A stretch of DNA of 64,000 nt, taken from the NCBI GenBank assembly GCA_963674735.2, contig CAXXQS010000001.1, forward strand, positions 2,368,001-2,432,000, read 5' to 3'. Shown here piece after piece: positions 60,112 through 64,000 of this stretch (the first letter of the stretch is position 1; every line of letters starts with the position of its first letter). A program made the position numbers and the translations under genes. The notes beneath the pieces are model-generated. The model had not been told where the DNA came from. It made no database searches and saw nothing but the letters and a program-made list of their open reading frames with translations. The stretch is from Myxococcota bacterium (GTDB lineage Bacteria > Myxococcota_A > SURF-8).

Positions 60112-61446
60112 ATGTCGTCCGCATTTCGTCCGCGATCCCCGCTGACCGCCATCTTCCCGGTCGTCCTTGTCTGCCTGCTGCTCGTCCTGTTCACAGCCTG
60201 CGGCGGCTCCGACGAGAGCGATCCCGCTCCCGACGGCGACACGGACGTTCCAGCCGACGGCGACACGGATGGCGATGATTCGGACGGGGACAGCGACGGC
60301 GATGCAGACGGCGAGACGGAAGAAGCCGCCCCCGCGCTTTGGCCCCCCTACGATTATTGCGAGGCCGATACGCCCCCCGACGAAAGCTGTTTCCAAAGCA
60401 AGCGCGACCCGCAATCCGACTATCTGGAACTGGCGCGCGCCATCGCCGACAAGGCCATCGCGGCACGCAACCCCGACGACATCCGCTGGGACTGGACCGA
60501 GACGGTCCTCATGCTGGGCATCGACGCCGTATACCGCCTGACCGGCGACGCCAAGTACCAGGCTTTCTACAAAACCTGGATGGATCACCACATCGCGGAA
60601 GGTTACACCATCGGATCGTCCGACACCTGTGCTCCGGCGGCGGTCGCCCTACGCCTGTTGATCGAAACCAGTGACACCACATACGCCCCCGTGTTGGAAG
60701 AGGCCCTGCACTACCTGTACGAAGTGGCCACGCGCACGGAAGAAGGCGGCATCAACCACCTCGGCACCTTCGACGCCCTGGGGATTTCGCTGTGGGTGGA
60801 TTCGCTGTTCATGTTCGGCAACGTGCTCACCGGCTGGGGCGCATACGACGACGATCTGGCTGCGCTCGACGAATACGCCTTCCAGTACCGCGTCTTCACC
60901 GACCTGCTGCAGGAATCGCTCGGCTTTTACAAGCACGGCTACAACAGCACCTTCGAGCAGGACGACGACGTTTACTGGGCGCGCGGCAACGCCTGGATCG
61001 TGGCGGCCGGGGCCGATCATCTACGCGTGCGGCGCAATCGCGGCGAGCGACTGCTCGATATGGAAGCCGCCTACCGCCGTCTGATCGCGGCCTTCGTCGA
61101 GCACCAGGACGCCTCGGGCTTGTGGTGGACCGTCTTGAATCGACCGGGCGAGACCTACCTCGAAACCAGCGCCACCGCGCTGTTTGCCTTCGGCAGCGCC
61201 CGCGCCTGGCGCTACGGCTACCTGGACGACGACGCCCTGCCACCCATTCGTCAGGCCATGGCGGGCGTGTTGAGTAAAATCGTCACCGACGGCGAGGGCG
61301 TGCCCACCGTCACCGATATCTCGGGCCCCACCAACATCGGCACCTTCGAGGTCTACGCCAACGTCCCGCTGCACGACGATCTGTCCTACGGCCTCGGCGC
61401 GGTACTGCTGGCCTTGATCGAAACCTCGGGGTTGCCACAGGAATAA
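60112..61446 (+). CDS. GH88/GH105 unsaturated uronyl hydrolase lipoprotein with DGD linker
   Basis: Lipobox FTA-C; WDW, LWVDSLFM, WARGNAW, QDASGLW, YLETSATA, YGLGAVLLA. Confidence 0.88.
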   Translation: MSSAFRPRSPLTAIFPVVLVCLLLVLFTACGGSDESDPAPDGDTDVPADGDTDGDDSDGDSDGDADGETEEAAPALWPPYDYCEADTPPDESCFQSKRDPQSDYLELARAIADKAIAARNPDDIRWDWTETVLMLGIDAVYRLTGDAKYQAFYKTWMDHHIAEGYTIGSSDTCAPAAVALRLLIETSDTTYAPVLEEALHYLYEVATRTEEGGINHLGTFDALGISLWVDSLFMFGNVLTGWGAYDDDLAALDEYAFQYRVFTDLLQESLGFYKHGYNSTFEQDDDVYWARGNAWIVAAGADHLRVRRNRGERLLDMEAAYRRLIAAFVEHQDASGLWWTVLNRPGETYLETSATALFAFGSARAWRYGYLDDDALPPIRQAMAGVLSKIVTDGEGVPTVTDISGPTNIGTFEVYANVPLHDDLSYGLGAVLLALIETSGLPQE

Positions 61447-61650
61447 CACTCGGTAGCCGTTCATTAAACAACACCCAAACCTCGCCCATCCGCATCGCGG
61501 ATTCGCTTCTGCAGGCCGAGGTCGCCGACTGTGGGCCGATTATCAAGGGGCGTCTGTCCGATGCTGATTTTGTTGGGCAAGGACTCGCCCGGCCGCGCGA
61601 CTTCACGACAGCGATCAATAGCTTGACAGGAACCCGGCTCTCCGGTTTGC

Positions 61651-61679
61651 TTGACAAAGCGACGGATAATGCATATAAT
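61651..61679 (+). promoter_or_regulatory. Consensus sigma70 promoter of barrel cassette 2
   Basis: Perfect TTGACA-17-TATAAT. Confidence 0.85.
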
Positions 61680-61719
61680 GAGCCACGTGTATTATCCATA
61701 ATAATTATCGAGGCTTTCG

Positions 61720-62379
61720 ATGTCGGTTCGGGCGATTTTTCGGTGTTCCGTTTTGTTTACCCTCCTCGGTGTGGCGCTCTGGGCCAATGCTGCGCCGCTG
61801 TGGGCGGCGGATGCTCTTCCCGCCACGCCGCCTGCGACGCCGCCCGTTGTCGATTCCACCTTGCCGACCGACACGCAAGAGAACGCCGCGACACCCGACG
61901 GTGAAGGTGAGAGGCCTCCCGACGCCACGCCGCGCTTCGGTTTCGCCCTCAAGCCGACGTATATGTTGATGGCACATAGTGACGATTATCATCATATCGT
62001 TGGAATGGCTTTTCAATTCGACTACAATGTGCTCTCAAAATGGTTAGACATATCGTTGGGCTTTGGCGTCCTCGCAGGTGGAAGCATATCATTGTTTATA
62101 CCCGTGGATCTTGTCTTGCATGTACGTCTGGTCGATTCAAAAACAATATGGCCTTACGTAGGTCTAGGCATGAAAGCATTGTTTATTAGAGTAATGACCT
62201 CCGACCGTAATTTGATCGGCGGCATCGTGGCTGCTGGTGCTAAATGGAGAATCGGTTCTGAGTCTGGTCTTCAACTTGAAGTTCGATATCTTCCATTGCA
62301 CGATTTAGAAGGCGATGCATTCTCAGGTTATAATATATCACACATGGAAACAAGCATCGGCTACTGGTGGCGATTTTGA
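61720..62379 (+). CDS. Predicted 8-stranded outer-membrane beta-barrel protein, paralog 2
   Basis: Same 82-aa N-terminus as paralogs 1 and 3; WPYVGLG; ends GYWWRF. Confidence 0.75.
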   Translation: MSVRAIFRCSVLFTLLGVALWANAAPLWAADALPATPPATPPVVDSTLPTDTQENAATPDGEGERPPDATPRFGFALKPTYMLMAHSDDYHHIVGMAFQFDYNVLSKWLDISLGFGVLAGGSISLFIPVDLVLHVRLVDSKTIWPYVGLGMKALFIRVMTSDRNLIGGIVAAGAKWRIGSESGLQLEVRYLPLHDLEGDAFSGYNISHMETSIGYWWRF

Positions 62380-62414
62380 ATTGCTTCCGACTGGAGCTCG
62401 GCTCTCCAGTTTGC

Positions 62415-62443
62415 TTGACAAAGCGACGACTAATACATATTAT
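62415..62443 (+). promoter_or_regulatory. Sigma70 promoter of barrel cassette 3
   Basis: TTGACA-17-TATTAT. Confidence 0.75.
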
Positions 62444-62483
62444 TAGTCACGTGTATTATCCATAACAACTATCGAGGCTTTCG

Positions 62484-63137
62484 ATGTCGGTTCGGGCTAT
62501 TTTTCGGTGTTCCGTCCTGTTTACCCTCCTCGGTGTGGCGCTCTGGGCCGATGCTGCGCCGCTGTGGGCGGCGGATGCTCTTCCCGCCACGCCGCCTGCG
62601 ACGCCGCCCGTTGTCGATTCCACCTTGCCGACCGACACGCAAGAGAACGCCGCGACACCCGACGGTGAAGGCGAGAGGCCTCCCGACACCACGCCGCGCT
62701 TCGGTTTCGCCCTCAAGCCGACGTATATGTTGAGGATCTATAATGGAGATCTTCATCATACAGTCGGGCCAGGTTTTCAATTCGACTACAATGCCATCCC
62801 CAATTGGCTGGATGTGTCTCTTGAACTTGATCTCCTCATTGCCGGTTCTATAAGTTTGATCATTCCCGTAGATCTGTTCATATCGGTTCGGTTGTATCAA
62901 TCGGATACAATTTGGCCATATGTGGGTATTGGTGCAAGAGCCATGTTTTCACGAGTCCTAGCACAACAGGACTACCTGGGTTGTCTCGTTTTGGTTGGTT
63001 GCAAATGGCGGCTTTTTAAAAGCTCCGGAATTATTTTTGAACTGGGATACTTTCCGTTGTATCGATTGGATTGCTCAAGTTGTCAGTCCTTAATTCACGC
63101 CAGCAAGACAAGCATCGGCTACTGGTGGCGCTTTTGA
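62484..63137 (+). CDS. Predicted 8-stranded outer-membrane beta-barrel protein, paralog 3
   Basis: Tandem with paralog 2 at a 764-bp offset; WPYVGIG; ends GYWWRF. Confidence 0.75.
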   Translation: MSVRAIFRCSVLFTLLGVALWADAAPLWAADALPATPPATPPVVDSTLPTDTQENAATPDGEGERPPDTTPRFGFALKPTYMLRIYNGDLHHTVGPGFQFDYNAIPNWLDVSLELDLLIAGSISLIIPVDLFISVRLYQSDTIWPYVGIGARAMFSRVLAQQDYLGCLVLVGCKWRLFKSSGIIFELGYFPLYRLDCSSCQSLIHASKTSIGYWWRF

Positions 63138-63584
63138 ATTGCTTCTAAGTGCATTTTCATTTATCAACTGGAATATGATATATGCGAATGATGTCGGGTA
63201 AGAAATTTGCCCGACCTACCTGGCGACCTCACTAATCGGTGGCTATTAAAAAAACGATTATGGTGGAGAAATGGTTTGTTTTCTTCGGGAGACAGAGGTA
63301 TCATTAATTATTGCAACAAAGATTTTGGTGGAGTCGCTTTTCCGAGGTGCATTCACAGGATAGCCGATTTTGGAGCCCAATGTGGAGAATACTGGATTAG
63401 CTGCTGTTTACGACAAACTACATAAAGAATGATCTTCGATGTGTAGACAATAGCTTGTAAATAGTGTCAATGCTTTGTTCGGCAGGCCCAAACCAAGGTG
63501 AACAAAATAGTATTATTGATTTCTTATTCTGTCGATGAATGTTCTTGAATTATATGACATTTAGAAGAAAAGAGGGATAGAAAT

Positions 63585-64000
63585 TTGAACAGCAGCATCC
63601 AGAATCGCATATTTATTAATATTTTCTTTGTCTTAATGCTTATCTTATTCTTCGCTTGCGAAGATAGAGCATTAGTCGCAATAGAAAATAATGATACTGA
63701 GATACTATATTCATTAGTATCATCAGAGGACTATAGAACTTTCAGAGATAATGAAGGCAATAGCTTACTCCATATAGCCATTCGCAGAAATCGAGTAAGT
63801 ACGGTTAAAATGCTGCTTGAGAATGGATTCTCAGAATTAATTAATAGCAGTTCAAATAATGGCAATACCCCACTCATAATCGCAGCGCATTATGGATACT
63901 TAACTATTGCTGAGATCCTAATACAGAATGGTGCAGAGGTAAACAGTACTGATGGTAATTGGAACGCATTAGCTGAGGCCGTAAGTTCTAACAACGTATC
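63585..64000 (+). CDS. Ankyrin-repeat lipoprotein (5' part; runs off the window; absent from the ORF track)
   Basis: TTG 63585 after GAGGGA; own translation gives lipobox FFA-C, then GNSLLHIAI..., GNTPLIIAAHYG...ILIQNGAEVN and WNALAEAV; very AT-rich. Confidence 0.85.
   Translation, partial: MNSSIQNRIFINIFFVLMLILFFACEDRALVAIENNDTEILYSLVSSEDYRTFRDNEGNSLLHIAIRRNRVSTVKMLLENGFSELINSSSNNGNTPLIIAAHYGYLTIAEILIQNGAEVNSTDGNWNALAEAVSSNNV

Noticed and set aside
52565-63137. Barrel paralogs as a DGR template/variable repeat pair
   Set aside because: Differences involve all four bases plus indels over about 400 bp, all copies are intact promoter-bearing genes, and no reverse transcriptase is in the window.
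61631-63145. Integron cassette array
   Set aside because: No attC-like sites or intI recognised; the shared sequence is promoter plus coding DNA.
63207-63425. 72-aa ORF in the AT-rich tail
   Set aside because: No RBS or recognisable motif; may be degraded sequence.

Overview
GC-rich bacterial chromosomal window, probably from a Myxococcota/deltaproteobacterium-like lineage (inferred from a MYXO-CTERM-like tail, Cys-rich myxobacterial-type repeats, ELWxxDGT repeats and HDFNN-type hybrid kinases). Housekeeping content: cysK with an Rrf2 regulator, a DegT aminotransferase, a WbpD-like acetyltransferase and an O-antigen ligase-like gene, an archaeal-type glyA, hisC, plsB, an RRM protein, an MFS transporter, tRNA-Arg(UCG), two hybrid kinases, a czcI-like leader plus czcCBA, a BtuF-like protein and a cobalamin riboswitch. 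Most notable observations: (1) three promoter+gene cassettes encoding predicted 8-stranded outer-membrane barrels with a near-identical 5' part and a strongly diverged barrel; (2) an AT-rich DUF559 endonuclease gene flanked by REP-like palindromes, with a 187-bp unit (palindromes plus the gene's own 3' end) in three tandem copies; (3) about nine exported proteins sharing acidic DGD-repeat linkers; (4) a ~183-bp MITE in two copies with 9-bp target duplications, each just upstream of a -35 box; (5) a B12 riboswitch controlling an unknown 82-aa protein; (6) a PHP-type hydrolase homologue that appears to have lost its metal ligands. All family assignments come from motif recognition by eye; no database searches were run.
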